DNA of 64,000 bases from Eledone cirrhosa (Eukaryota). The translations under genes were made by a program, and so were the position numbers. The stretch is taken from NCBI GenBank assembly GCA_964016885.1, contig OZ024743.1:343232001-343296000 (forward strand), in the 5' to 3' direction. Of this stretch, positions 28,219 through 43,083 are shown one piece after another. The notes under the pieces were generated by a model. That model had not been told where the DNA came from, searched no databases, and saw only the letters and a program-made list of their open reading frames with translations. Within the stretch, counting starts at the first letter, position 1. Every line of letters starts with the position of its first letter.

Positions 28219-29118
28219 ACATATACACATATATATATATATATATACATACATATACACATATATATATATATATACATACATATACACATATATATAT
28301 ATATATACATACATATACACATATATATATATATATACATACATATACACATATATATATATATATACATACATATACACATATATATATATATATACAT
28401 ACATATACACATATATATATATATATACATACATATACACATATATATATATATATACATACATATACACATATATATATATATATACATACATATACAC
28501 ATATATATATATATATACATACATATACACATATATATATATATATACATACATATACACATATATATATATATATACATACATATACACATATATATAT
28601 ACATACATATACACATATATATATACATACATATACACATATATATATACATACATATACACATATATATATATATACATACATATACACATATATATAT
28701 ATATACATACATATACACATATATATATATATACATACATATACACATATATATATATATACATACATATACACATATATATATATATACATACATATAC
28801 ACATATATATATATATACATACATATACACATATATATATATATACATACATATACACATATATATATATATACATACATATACACATATATATATATAT
28901 ACATACATATACACATATATATATATATACATACATATACACATATATATATATACATACATATACACATATATATATATACATACACATACACATATAT
29001 ATATATATACATACACATACACATATATATATATATACATATATATACATATATATATATATACACATATATATATATATACATATATATACATATATAT
29101 ATATATACATATATATAC

Positions 29119-29149
<31 letters not shown>

Positions 29150-29250
29150 CATATATATACATATATATATATATACACATATATATATATATACATATAT
29201 ATACATATATATATATATACATATACATATATACACATATACATATATAC

Positions 29251-29329
<79 letters not shown>

Positions 29330-29352
29330 CATATACATATATATATATATAC

Positions 29353-29417
<65 letters not shown>

Positions 29418-29484
29418 CACATATATATATATATATACATACATATATATATATATACATATATATATACATATATATATATAC

Positions 29485-29559
<75 letters not shown>

Positions 29560-29560
29560 C

Positions 29561-29609
<49 letters not shown>

Positions 29610-29635
29610 TATATACATATATATATATATATTAC

Positions 29636-29703
<68 letters not shown>

Positions 29704-29709
29704 ATATAC

Positions 29710-29751
<42 letters not shown>

Positions 29752-30362
29752 ATATACATATATATATATACATATATATACATATATATATACACATATA
29801 TATATATATACACATATATATATATATACATATACACATATATACTTATATATATATATATATATATATACATATACACATATATATATATATATACATA
29901 TACACATATATACTTATATATATATATATATATATACATATACACATATATATATATATATACATATACACATATATATATACAGATACACATATATATA
30001 TATATATACATATACACATATATATATATATACATATACACATATATATATATACATATACACATATATATATATATATACATATACACATATATATATA
30101 TATACATATACACATATATATATATATACATATACACATATATATATATATATACATATACACATATATATATATATACATATACATATATATATATATA
30201 TACATATACACATATATATATATATACATATACACATATACACATATATATATATATACATATATACATATACACATATATATACATATATACATATACA
30301 CATATATATATACATATATATACATATATACATACATATATACATATATATACATACATATA

Positions 30363-30414
<52 letters not shown>

Positions 30415-30532
30415 CATATATATATTATATATACACATATATATATATATACACATATATATATATATACACATATACACATATATATATATATACACAT
30501 ATACACATATATATATATATACACATATACAC

Positions 30533-30563
<31 letters not shown>

Positions 30564-31036
30564 TATATATACACATATACACATATATATATATATACAT
30601 ATACACATATATATATATACATATACACATATATATATATACATATACACATATATATATATACATATACACATATATATATATATACATATACACATAT
30701 ATATATATATACATATACACATATATATATATATACATATACACATATATATATATATACATATACACATATATATATATATACATATACACATATATAT
30801 ATATATACATATACACATATATATATATATACATATACATATACACATATATATATATATACATATACACATATATATATATATATACATATACACATAT
30901 ATATATATATATACATATACACATATATATATATATATATACATATACACATATATATATATATATATACATATACACATATATATATATATATATACAT
31001 ATACACATACATATACACATACACATACATATACAC

Positions 31037-31067
<31 letters not shown>

Positions 31068-31300
31068 TATATATATATATACACACATATATATATATAT
31101 ACATACACACATATATATATATATACATACACACATATATATATATATACATACACACATATATATATATATACATACACACATATATATATATATATAC
31201 ATACACACACATATATATATATATACATACACACATATATATATATACATATACACACATATATATATATACATATACACACATATATATATATACATAT

Positions 31301-31339
<39 letters not shown>

Positions 31340-31352
31340 CACATATACATAT

Positions 31353-31391
<39 letters not shown>

Positions 31392-31470
31392 CACACATAT
31401 ATATACATATACACATATATATACATATACACATATATATACATATACACACATATATATACATATACAC

Positions 31471-31501
<31 letters not shown>

Positions 31502-31694
31502 CATATATACATATATATACATATACACACATATATATACATATACACATATATATATATATATATACACATATATATATATACATATACACATATATAT
31601 ATATATACATATACACATATACACACATACATATACACATATACACACATATATATACATATACACATATACACACATATATATACATATACAC

Positions 31695-31767
<73 letters not shown>

Positions 31768-31900
31768 TATATACATATACACATATATATATATATACAT
31801 ATACACATATATATATATATACATATATACACATATATACATATACATATATATATATATATATACATATACACATATATATATATATACATATATACAC

Positions 31901-31933
<33 letters not shown>

Positions 31934-32512
31934 CATATACACATATATATATATATACACATATATATATACACATATATATATATACATATTCTCATAT
32001 ATATATATACATATACATACACACATATATATATATATATATACATACACACATATATATATATATACATACACACATATATATATATATACATACACAC
32101 ATATATATATATATACATACACACATATATATATATATATATACATATACACACATATATATACATATACACATATATATATATACACATATATATATAT
32201 ACATATACACATATATATATATACATATACACATATATATATACACATATATATATATACATATTCTCATATATATATATACATATACACATATATATAT
32301 ATACATATACACATATATATATATATACACACACACATATATACACATATACACATATACACATACACATACACACACATATACACATACACATACACAC
32401 ACATATATATATACACATATATATATATACACATATATATATATACACATATATATATATACACATATATATATATACACATATATATATATACACATAT
32501 ATATATATACAC

Positions 32513-32543
<31 letters not shown>

Positions 32544-34197
32544 CACACATATATATATATATATATACACACATATATATATATACACATATATATATAC
32601 ACATATATATATACACATATATATACACATATACACATATATATATATACACATATATACACATATATACATATACACATATATACACATATATACATAT
32701 ACACATATATACATATACACATATATATACATATACATACATATACACATATATATATACACACATATACACACATATACACATATATATACACACATAT
32801 ACACATATATATATATACACACATATACACATATATATATATACACACATATACACATATATATATATACACACATATACACATATATATATATACACAC
32901 ATATACACATATATATATATACACACATATACACATATATATATATACACACATATACACATATATATATACACACATACACACATATACACATATATAT
33001 ATACATACATATACACATATATATATACATACATATACACATACATACATATACACATATATATATACATACATATACACATATATATACATACATATAC
33101 ACATATATATATATACATACATATACACATATATATACATACATATACACATATATATACATACATATACACATATATATATATACATACATATACAATA
33201 TATATATATACATACATATACAATATATATATATACATACATATACACATATATATATATACATACATATACACATATATATATATACATACATATACAC
33301 ATACATACATATACACATATATATACATACATACATATACACATATATATATATACATACATATACACATATATATATATACATACATATACACATATAT
33401 ATATATACATACATATACACATATATATATATATACATACATATACACATATATATATATACATACATATACACATATATATATATACATACATATACAC
33501 ATATATATATATACATACATATACACATATATATATATACATACATATACACATATATATATATACATACATATACACATATATATATATACATACATAT
33601 ACACATATATATATATACATACATATACACATATATATATACATACATATACACATATATATATATATACATACATATACACATATATATATATACATAC
33701 ATATACACATATATATATATACATACATATACACATATATATATATACATACATATACACATATATATATATACATACATATACACATATATATATATAC
33801 ATACATATACATATATATACACACATATACATACATATACACATATATATATATACATACATATACACATATATATATATACATACATATACACATATAT
33901 ATATATACATACATATACACATATATATATATACATACATATACACATATATATATATACATACATATACACATATATATATATACATACATATACACAT
34001 ATATATATATACATACATATACACATATATATATATACATACATATACACATATATATATATACATACATATACACATATATATATATACATACATATAC
34101 ACATATATATATATACATACATATACACATATATATATATATATACATATACACATATATATATATACATACATATACACATATATATATATACATA

Positions 34198-34722
34198 CAT
34201 CATCATCATCAGGTTTAGCGTCCGTGTTCCACGCTTGCATGGGTTTGGACGGGGGTTTTCCCACTTGAGGCAAGAGTGGTTGCCTTGCTCGCATAGGACT
34301 GTCTGGCGGGTTTTCTCCAGTTGGATGCCCTTCCTAACACCAACCACATTTACAGTGTGGGGCTGGGAGGTTTTTACCGTGTTGCCTACACGGCCACATT
34401 ACAGCGTGGACTGTCTGGCGGGTTTTCTACAGCTGGATGCCCTTCCTAACACCAACCACATTTACAGTGTGGGGCTGGGTGGTTTTTACCGTGTTGCCTA
34501 CACGGCCACATTTACAGCGTGGACTGTGTGTTTTTTGTCGTGACACCTACACGATCTCATTTGTTTCGGCCTGGATGTTGTGGGACCGACATAACTTTGA
34601 AAGGGGCGGTGTGGGTGGGGTGGAGGTGGTGGGACGGGGGTGTGTTTTGATAGAGATGCCTACTGACTGTAGTAGGTTTTTACTTTGTAGGTTTTTACTT
34701 TGTATTTAGGTAAGGCGGGTCT
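34198..34722 (-). mobile_element. RTE 3'UTR-only insertion, copy 2
   Basis: Same breakpoint and internal duplication as 27686-28218; three substitutions seen by eye. Confidence 0.92.
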
Positions 34723-35418
34723 ACATATACACATATATATATATATATACATACATATACACATATATATATATATATACATACATATACACATATATAT
34801 ATATATATACATACATATACACATATATATATATATATACATACATATACACATATATATATATATATACATACATATACACATATATATATATATATAC
34901 ATACATATACACATATATATATATATATACATACATATACACATATATATATATATACATACATATACACATATATATATATATATACATACATATACAC
35001 ATATATATATATATACATACATATACACATATATATATATATACATATACACATATATATATATATACATATACACATATATATATATATACATATACAC
35101 ATATATATATATATACATATACACATATATATATATACATATACACATATATATATATACATATACACATATATATATATACATATACACATATATATAT
35201 ATACATATACACATATATATATATACATATACACATATATATATATACATATACACATATATATATATACATATACACATATATATATATACATATACAC
35301 ATAAATATATATACATATACACATATATATACATATACACATATATATACATATACACATATATATACATATACACATATATATACATATACACATATAT
35401 ATATATATATATACATAT

Positions 35419-35455
<37 letters not shown>

Positions 35456-35460
35456 CACAT

Positions 35461-36962
35461 ATCATCATCAACGTTTAACGTCCGTGTTCCACGCTTGCAT
35501 GGGTTTGGACGGGGGTATTCCCACTTGAGGCAAGAGTGATTGTCTTGCTCACATAGGACTGTCTGGCAGGTTATCTACAGTTGGATGCCCTTCCTAACAC
35601 CAACAACATTTACAGTGTGGGTCTGCGAGGTTTTTACCGTGTTGCCTACACGGCCACATTACAGCGTGGACTGTGTGTTTTTTTGTCGTGACACCTACAC
35701 GATCTCATTTGTTTCGGCCTGGATGGTGTGGCACCAACATAACTTTACATAGAAGGGGACGGTGTGGATGAGGTGGGGGTGGTAGGACGGGGGTGTATTT
35801 TGTTAGAGATGCCTACTGACTGTAGTAGGTTTTACTTTGTATTTAGGTAAGGCGGGTCTTCTCTATTACTGAGTACCGCCAAAGGTCTCGGTCCAGTGAC
35901 ATTGTCTTGGTGAGGTGTAAGTGTGTGAGGTCAGAGTTTATCAGCTCGTCCCAGGTTTTTCTGGGTCTGCCTATTCCGTGGCTACCGTCTATCTTTATTG
36001 CCCTGCACTTTGTTATACAGCTATCATCCTTCATGCGCATCACGTGATCATACCAACGTAGCCTTCTCTCTAGTAAACAACATCTGATCCCTCTTATTTC
36101 TAATTTTTTCCTTAGTTCGATTATGCTTTGTCGTTCACGTATATTACTATTACACATCCAGCGGAGCATGCAAGCTTCGTTTCTCTCTAGTCTGCGTATA
36201 TCCTCTGCACACAATGCCCACGTCTCACTGCCATGCAACATTGCTGTTCGTATGCAGGCATCGTACAGCCTGCCTTTCATTTTTAGGGAGAACCCTTTAG
36301 CGGCTAATAGTGGTATAAGCTCTCTGAACTTTTTCCACCCAGTTCTGACTCTAGCTACTGTACTTTCAGAGCACCCTCCCCCACTGCTGATTTTGTCACC
36401 CAGGTAACGGAAGCTGTCCACTATTTCTATAGAACCCTCTGCGCAATTGAAAGAGCTAGTATTTTGTGGGCACTTGCTGCTACTTATTGCACCAGAGCAC
36501 CGGCCACATGTAAAATCTATGTTCTTAGTTAGCTTAGCTGTGATCCCACTACATCTTTTATGCACCCAAACTTTGCATTTGGGACACAAAATGGAATTTC
36601 TACCTACGCCTTTCCTACACTCTGCGCATGGCCACTTCCCGGAGGGGACCGCCGCCTTATTTTCTTTCTTACAAACTAGAACTTTAGTCTTAGCTAGGTT
36701 AATTTTAAGGCCTTTTGATTCTAGGCCGTGCTTCCATGTTTGGAATTTCTTCTCTAGCTCGGCCATTGATTCAGCTATGAGCGTTAGATCATCTGCGTAT
36801 AGGAGTTCCCATGGGCAGCCGGTCTTGAACTCCACTGTTATAGCCTGGAGGGCAATAATAAATAGTAGGGGGCTAAGAACAGAGCCCTGATGAACACCAA
36901 CTTTTACACTAAACTCTTCACTATATTCGTTGTTAATTCTAACCTTGCTAACTGTTTCTTAT
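35461..36962 (-). mobile_element. 5'-truncated RTE LINE (RT C-half plus PHD finger); ORF 35843-36835 open
   Basis: [19 protein letters not shown]4HC3 finger, FRYLG, GRPRKTW; (GAT)n tail. Confidence 0.95.
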
Positions 36963-37524
36963 ACACATATATATATATACATATACACATATATATATAT
37001 ACATATACACATATATATATATACATATACACATATATATATATACATATACACATATATATATATACATATACACATATATATATATACATATACACAT
37101 ATATATATATACATATACACATATATATATATACATATACACATATATATATATACATATACACATATACACACATACATATATACATATACACACACAT
37201 ACATATATACATATACACACACATACATATATACATATACACACACATACATATATACACACACATATATATATATATACTTATAGATCTCAAATGCAGA
37301 AAATAACTGAATACAGTCAATTGCTATAAATTATTTATAGCAATTATTGTCTTAGAAAATCGGGTAAAATATGCCTATAGGTAGAAAAACGTGAACAGCA
37401 GCCACAACAGAGAATTGAACTCTGTACTGATTTATGAAGCTATTATTTCTAGCAATTCACTGTGTTCACAATTATTTTCTGCGTTCAAGATTTTCTACAA
37501 ATATATATATATATATATATAGTT

Positions 37525-37870
37525 TTAATATAGATGAGATTCTACAGGACTAGAACTGTTTCATTCATTAGAAATCATCAGGAATCAGTAGATAGGGATA
37601 TTTAATTTGTTGGAAATTCAACAAATATAAATGTTTATAACTGATTCAGAGCACTCGACAGATTTCTGGAGTAAATATTCAATGATATGAAATAAATGGA
37701 AACTATATTTATAAAACCATATTTATTCTATTATATATATTTCAAGGGTACAGGAAAATTCAACTGATAAGGTATGTTTCCTTGGCTATGTCAAAATTTA
37801 TAAAGCACACGTATTTTATCTGAGGAAAGCATACCAAAGTTTTTGGTACTCTTGAAGTATATATATAATT
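37525..37870. mobile_element. Penelope pseudo-LTR mini-element (two pLTR pieces in opposite orientation)
   Basis: 37590-37752 is the reverse complement of 62981-63390 with the SINE removed; 37753-37870 matches 62895-63003 and contains a decayed hammerhead (CTGAGGA...GAAG). Confidence 0.8.
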
Positions 37871-38603
37871 ATTATTATTACATTCAAAGTAAAGGATGTC
37901 ATGAATGATACAAAATCAAACATGTCTTGTCTCAAAAAACAGCTCAAGATAGAATTCAGAGAATAAAATTGAGCCTTAATCATTATAAGAAAGTGAATGA
38001 AATATATTCATACACACATAAGTGTACACTAAGACATATCAAAACTTAAACTAGAGACAATCTGCACTGAATGTAAGATTACTATTAAATCTAATAAAAA
38101 AAAATTAAAACAAAATACCTGATAATGGTCAATATATTTCCCTCATATGTATTCTTCTCAAAATCAGAATACATTTCACCAAATAACAGCGAAATTAGAT
38201 ATTTTGAAACAGATCATCAGTGAGGGAATTTCAAAATCACCTAATCTCTTCAATACAGGATTGAAAGTGGCTAAACGCACATGGTATCAATACATGAATT
38301 TTAGCACTCGCAACGACATGAAAGGGTTCTCGTCCACTAGAAATAGCAATCAAACCTCTCGACATATTAAACAGCTCACCAAATAAGGAGCAGAAATATT
38401 ATTATTATAACATTCTCTCTCCACTTGTCATGGTCCTTCGTCATCTCCATATATATAAGTTTATCCCGGGTTCAATCGGGTGTAACCACAATAAGTAAGG
38501 TACTCAATACATAGAGTATAAATATTTATTATAGAAATGGCTTCTACAAGGCTTCCTGATGATTTCTCCCGAATGAAACAGTTCTAGTCCTGTAGAAGCC
38601 ATT

Positions 38604-38645
<42 letters not shown>

Positions 38646-38821
38646 ATTTTTATCATTACTCTTTTATTTTTTACTTTGTAACTTCCCTTCTTAAAACACT
38701 TACTCCTTCTCGGAGTTCCTGTTCTCCTCCTATCTGAACTTTCCTGATGAAGGACTTCCACCAAACATGAACCTAATATAACTGTGTACAATTGCCTCCT
38801 GTGTTTTGTTCATTCATTTTC

Positions 38822-38860
<39 letters not shown>

Positions 38861-38861
<1 letters not shown>

Positions 38862-39778
38862 TAGCCGAATTACTCGCGCTTTGCTGCGTTTCACACATTT
38901 TTTTGTAAGAAAATGATGATTGATTTTAAATCAGTGATATAATTTATGGAGAAAAAAATCTGCATTTCAATATTACTCAATGTAAAATGTAATGCATGAA
39001 AAATTGAAAAACATCATTTTTTGTAATATATCAAATCAAAATTACATTATTAAATCTTATTCTTATTTTGTTTCTTGTAAATAATATTTTTCAAAATATC
39101 AATTCAAAACTTGATCATTTCATTTTTGTGTAAAGCATTATTTTCAAATTAGAAATTCAAAGTTTAATTATTTATTTTTTAACATAATAAATACATGAAA
39201 ATATATTTACTTTGTCCTAATGAAGAACTTCAGAGTAAACAACATTTCTTGTCTTTCTTTGATTGGCTAAAATGTAAAGATTTTTTGAAGTTCCAGTCCT
39301 TGAAACAGCCACATAAAACATGCCATGACTGAAACATGTTTGTCAGATCTATACCAATAGTTTTGAAAGTCTGACCTCGACTCTTATTGATGCTCATGGC
39401 AAAGGATGGCCTCACTGGGAACTGCAGCCTCTTAAATGTAAAAGGCAACTCGCTATCACTTGATATAAGTGGAATCCTCGGAATGAGAAGAGCTTAACCT
39501 TGTAAGCCCCAAATATAATAGTTGCTTCAATCAAGTTCTCATGCAACTTGTTACAATACATCTTGTTCCATTTATTGGCCAAAATTTTCAGCAGAGGTTT
39601 TGTGCCCTCGGGGAACCCTTTGATTAAAATGAAATATACTTATCCAAGTACCCTGGGCAATGTAGTTTCAGAATATATATGGTTATGGGGGTGTATCTCC
39701 AAAAGCATAGGAGGAGTTCGTGAACAAACAACCAACCAAACAAACAAACAGACAGACAGGAACTACAAGTTTATATAT
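38861..39778 (-). mobile_element. Non-autonomous Helitron with a PIF1-type helicase remnant
   Basis: LPFTFKRLQFPVRPSFAMSINKSRGQT helicase motif; 3' end CGCAGCAAAGCGCGAGTAATTCGGCTAG|T; 5' ATATATAAA...(GTCT/GTTT)n. Confidence 0.88.
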
Positions 39779-40385
39779 CATCATCATCATCATTTTACGT
39801 CCGCTTTTCCCTGCTTGCAAGGGAGGGATGGGTCCTATTCAGCACAGCATCTTTCCACTTGTCACGGTCCTTCGTCTTCTCCTCCGCGAGCTTCAGCAAT
39901 CTGAGGTCTGCTCTCACCACCTCCGCCCATGTTTTCCGTGGTCTTCCTCTACTGCGTCTTCTTTCTACTGGCATTTCTTGGCACTTCTTTACCCAGCGGT
40001 CATCCTCCATGCGCATCACATGTCCATACCATCGCAGTCTTCTCTCCCGCACACTACAACTTATCCCTCTTAAACACAGTTACTCTCTGAACTCAACCAT
40101 GCTTGGTCGTTCACATACATTGACATTACACATCCAACGGAGCATGTCTGCTTCATTTCTCTCCAGCCGTCACTGCCCATGTCTCACTACCATGCAGCAT
40201 CGCGCATCATATAACCGGCCTTTCATACGCAGAGAGAAACCCTTCTTTGTCAGCAGCTCCCTAAACTTCTTCCAACCCATCCTTATTCTAGATACTATGG
40301 CCTCGGAACCCCCTCCCCCCTCCCACGCTAATCTGATCACCTAGGTACCGGAAGCTATCAACCACTTCTATAGAACCTACCTGCA
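39778..40385 (-). mobile_element. RTE LINE 3' fragment (short-UTR subfamily)
   Basis: RERRLRWYGHVMRM and GRPRKTWAEVV; (GAT)n tail. Confidence 0.9.
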
Positions 40386-40435
40386 TCTGAAAAAATGTGT
40401 CTATCAATGCGCCTTCACAAAGTGAAAAAATATAG

Positions 40436-40570
40436 TAGTTCGGATCTAGCTGTCAAAACAGCTGGAGCTCAGCCATCGGGGTCCTGAATCTTTTCATATT
40501 ACCCACTCTACTACCCCAAGTATTGAGTACTCTGGAGCATTATGGTCCACCTGGTATTTAACCACACCCT
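40436..40570 (-). repeat. Unclassified interspersed repeat; diverged inverted copy at 43150-43262
   Basis: CAGAGTACTC-..ACTTG(G/A)GGTAGTAGAGT...CAGGAC...GCTGAGCTC...ACAGCTAG shared in opposite orientation. Confidence 0.65.
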
Positions 40571-40600
40571 CTGTTATATATACACACACACACACTTTGT

Positions 40601-40807
40601 GAAGGCTCATGGCTGAGTGGTTAGAGGATTGGATTCGCAATCGTGCGATTGTGAGTTCGATTCCCGGACTGGGCGCTGTGTTATGTCCTTAAGCAAGACA
40701 CTTTATTTCACAATGCTCCTTCTGCCTGGATTTGCAACCAGTAGATAGTATTAACAATTGGAAAGACCAATGGAAACATTGTTTCCTCGGTCCGATTTGA
40801 CACACTT
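40601..40807 (+). mobile_element. tRNA-derived SINE family B
   Basis: TGGCTGAGTGGTTAGAG A-box; GTTCGATTCCC B-box; GTCCTTAAGCAAGACACTTTATTTCACA. Confidence 0.88.
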
Positions 40808-40984
40808 TATATACATGTGTGTGAGTGCGTGTGTATGTACAAATACACACACACACACAGAACTAAAACAATGCAACACTGTTAAAACAAGGTAAACCAA
40901 TGCAAGGCTGCACACTGTTGTTTTCCACAAGAAGGGTGAGTATGTTTGATACTCAGACATCTACAAGGCATTAATGATTGCAAT

Positions 40985-41080
40985 ATGGTCAGCCGACCAG
41001 ACACTGCCCACAACAGGACAACCCGTCTAACCCATGCTAGCGTGGAAGAACGGACGTAAAATGTGATGATGATGATGATG
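40985..41080 (+). mobile_element. RTE 3' tail fragment
   Basis: Matches 48328-48418, including CCATGCTAGCGTGG and (GAT)n. Confidence 0.85.
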
Positions 41081-41585
41081 AATACAAGCTGACCTGGAAA
41101 AAGTACTAGAATTCCCAAACAATATTGTGATAACACCACTGTACCCAATTCTTATAGCATGGTCTGATTTGATTTTTAAAAAAGTCCTGATTGTTGAAGT
41201 AACAGTGTTGTTAGAAGGCAACATGGAGTGGGCACATAAAATATGAAGAACTAAAGGAGATATGTGATGAACAAGGGTGGCAGTAAAAGACCAGGATAGA
41301 GAGCAGAAAGCAAACCCTCAGCAAGGAGAAATCATCATAATGCCAGAATGATGGGAATGGTTACAACAGCATCATGACTATTGTCTATTGTTGCATGGAT
41401 AACAAAGGAAACCATGTTACAGGGTAGAATATTGTATATGCAAATGAGTTCATGTGTGTGTGTATAGATGAGAGAGAGAGAGAGAGAGACTGCGGTGCTG
41501 AGACCAAGGAGTCCACTAATCATGCGAGTAGTTGAAAAGGCTTGCTGAAACCGCTTGGCGCCACGATCTATATATATATATATAT

Positions 41586-43083
41586 ATCATCATCATCATC
41601 AACGTTTAACGTCCGTGTTCCACGCTTGCATGGGTTTGGACGGGGGTAGTCCCACTTGAGGCAAGAGTGATTGTCTTGCTCGCATAGGACTGTCTGGCAG
41701 GTTTTCTACAGTTGGATGCCCTTCCTAACACCAACCACATTTACAGTGTGGGTCTGGGAGGTTTTTACCGTGTTGCCTACACAGCCACATTACAGCGTGG
41801 ACTGTGTGTTTTTTTGTCGTGACACCTACACGATCTCATTTGTTTCGGCCTGGATGGCGCGGCACCAACATAACTTTACATAGAACGGGGTGGTGTGGAT
41901 GGGGTGGGAGTGGTGGCGGGACGGGGTGTATTTTGTTAGAGATGCCTACTGGCAAGGCGGGTCTTCTCTGTTACTGAGTACCGCCAAAGGTCTCGGTCCA
42001 GTGACATTGTCTTGGAGAGGTGTAAGTGTGTGAGGTCGGAGTTTATCAGCTCATCCCAGGTTTTTCTAGGTCTGCCTATTCCGTGGCTACCGTCTATCTT
42101 TATTGCCCTGCACTTTGTTATACAGCTATCGACTTTCATGCGCATCACGTGTCCATACCAACGTAGCCTTCTCTCGAGTAAACAACATCTGATCCTTCTT
42201 ATCTCTAATTTTTTCCTTAGTTCGTTTATGCTTTGCCGTTCACGTATATTACTGTTACACATCCAGCGGAGCATGCAAGCTTCGTTCCTCTCTAGTCTGC
42301 GTATATCCTCTGCACACAATGCCCAGGTCTCACTGCCATGCAACATTGCTGTTCGTATGCAGGCATCGTACAACCTGCCTTTCATTTTTAGGGAGAGCCC
42401 TTTAGCAGCTAATAGTGGTATAAGCTCTCTGAACTTTTTCCAACCAGTTCTGACTCTAGCTACAGTACTTTCAGAGCACCCTCCCCCACTGCTGATTTTA
42501 TCGCCCAGGTAACGGAAGCTGTCCACTATTTCTATAGAACCCTCTGCGCAATTGAAAGAGCTAGTATTTTGTGGGCACTTGCTGCTACTTATTGCACCAG
42601 AACACCGGCCACATGTAAAATCTATGTTCTTAGTTAGCTTACCTGTGATCCCACTACATCTTTTATGCACCCATACTTTGCATTTAGGACATAAAATGGA
42701 GTTTCTACCTACGCCTTTCCTACACACCGAGCACGATCATTTCCCAGAAGGGACCGCCGCCTTGTTTTCTTTCCTACAAACTAGAACTTTGGTCTTAGCC
42801 AGGTTAATTTTAAGTCCTTTTGACTCTAGGCCGTGCTTCCATGTTTGGAATTTCTTCTCTAGCTCGGCCATTGATTCCGCTATGAGTGTCAGGTCGTCTG
42901 CGTATAGGAGTTCCCATGGGCAGCCTGTCTTGAACTCCTCTGTTATAGCCTGAAGGGCAATAATAAATAGTAGGGGGCTGAGAACAGAGCCCTGATGGAC
43001 GCCAACTTTTACGCTAAACTCTTCACTATATTCGTTGTTAATTCTAACCTTGCTGACTGTTTCTTTATACATGGCTTGTATAT
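41586..43083 (-). mobile_element. 5'-truncated RTE LINE (RT C-half plus PHD finger)
   Basis: Same family as 35461-36962; one premature stop at 42737. Confidence 0.95.

Larger units (their letters stand above)
23014..37280. repeat. Compound (TA/CA) microsatellite-minisatellite field interrupted by RTE insertions
   Basis: Units such as ATATACAC(AT)nACATAC with periods of 22-30 bp. Confidence 0.98.

Noticed and set aside
36123-36890. Antisense ORFs over RTE copies (also 42012-42953, 46912-47544 and 59834-61081)
   Set aside because: Shadow frames of the RT coding strand with no independent motifs.
14094-37320. Very long ORFs rich in Y/I/M/C/V/H/T (up to 2115 aa)
   Set aside because: Strict purine-pyrimidine alternation cannot form TAA, TAG or TGA, so all frames on both strands stay open. 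These are artefacts.
38745-38765. Hammerhead start CTGATGAAGGAC (similar at about 43819 and 56258)
   Set aside because: No closing helix II or GAAA follows.
40601-40680. tRNA gene (also the heads at 13386 and 63038)
   Set aside because: A and B boxes are present but the cloverleaf is imperfect and continues into SINE body and tail.
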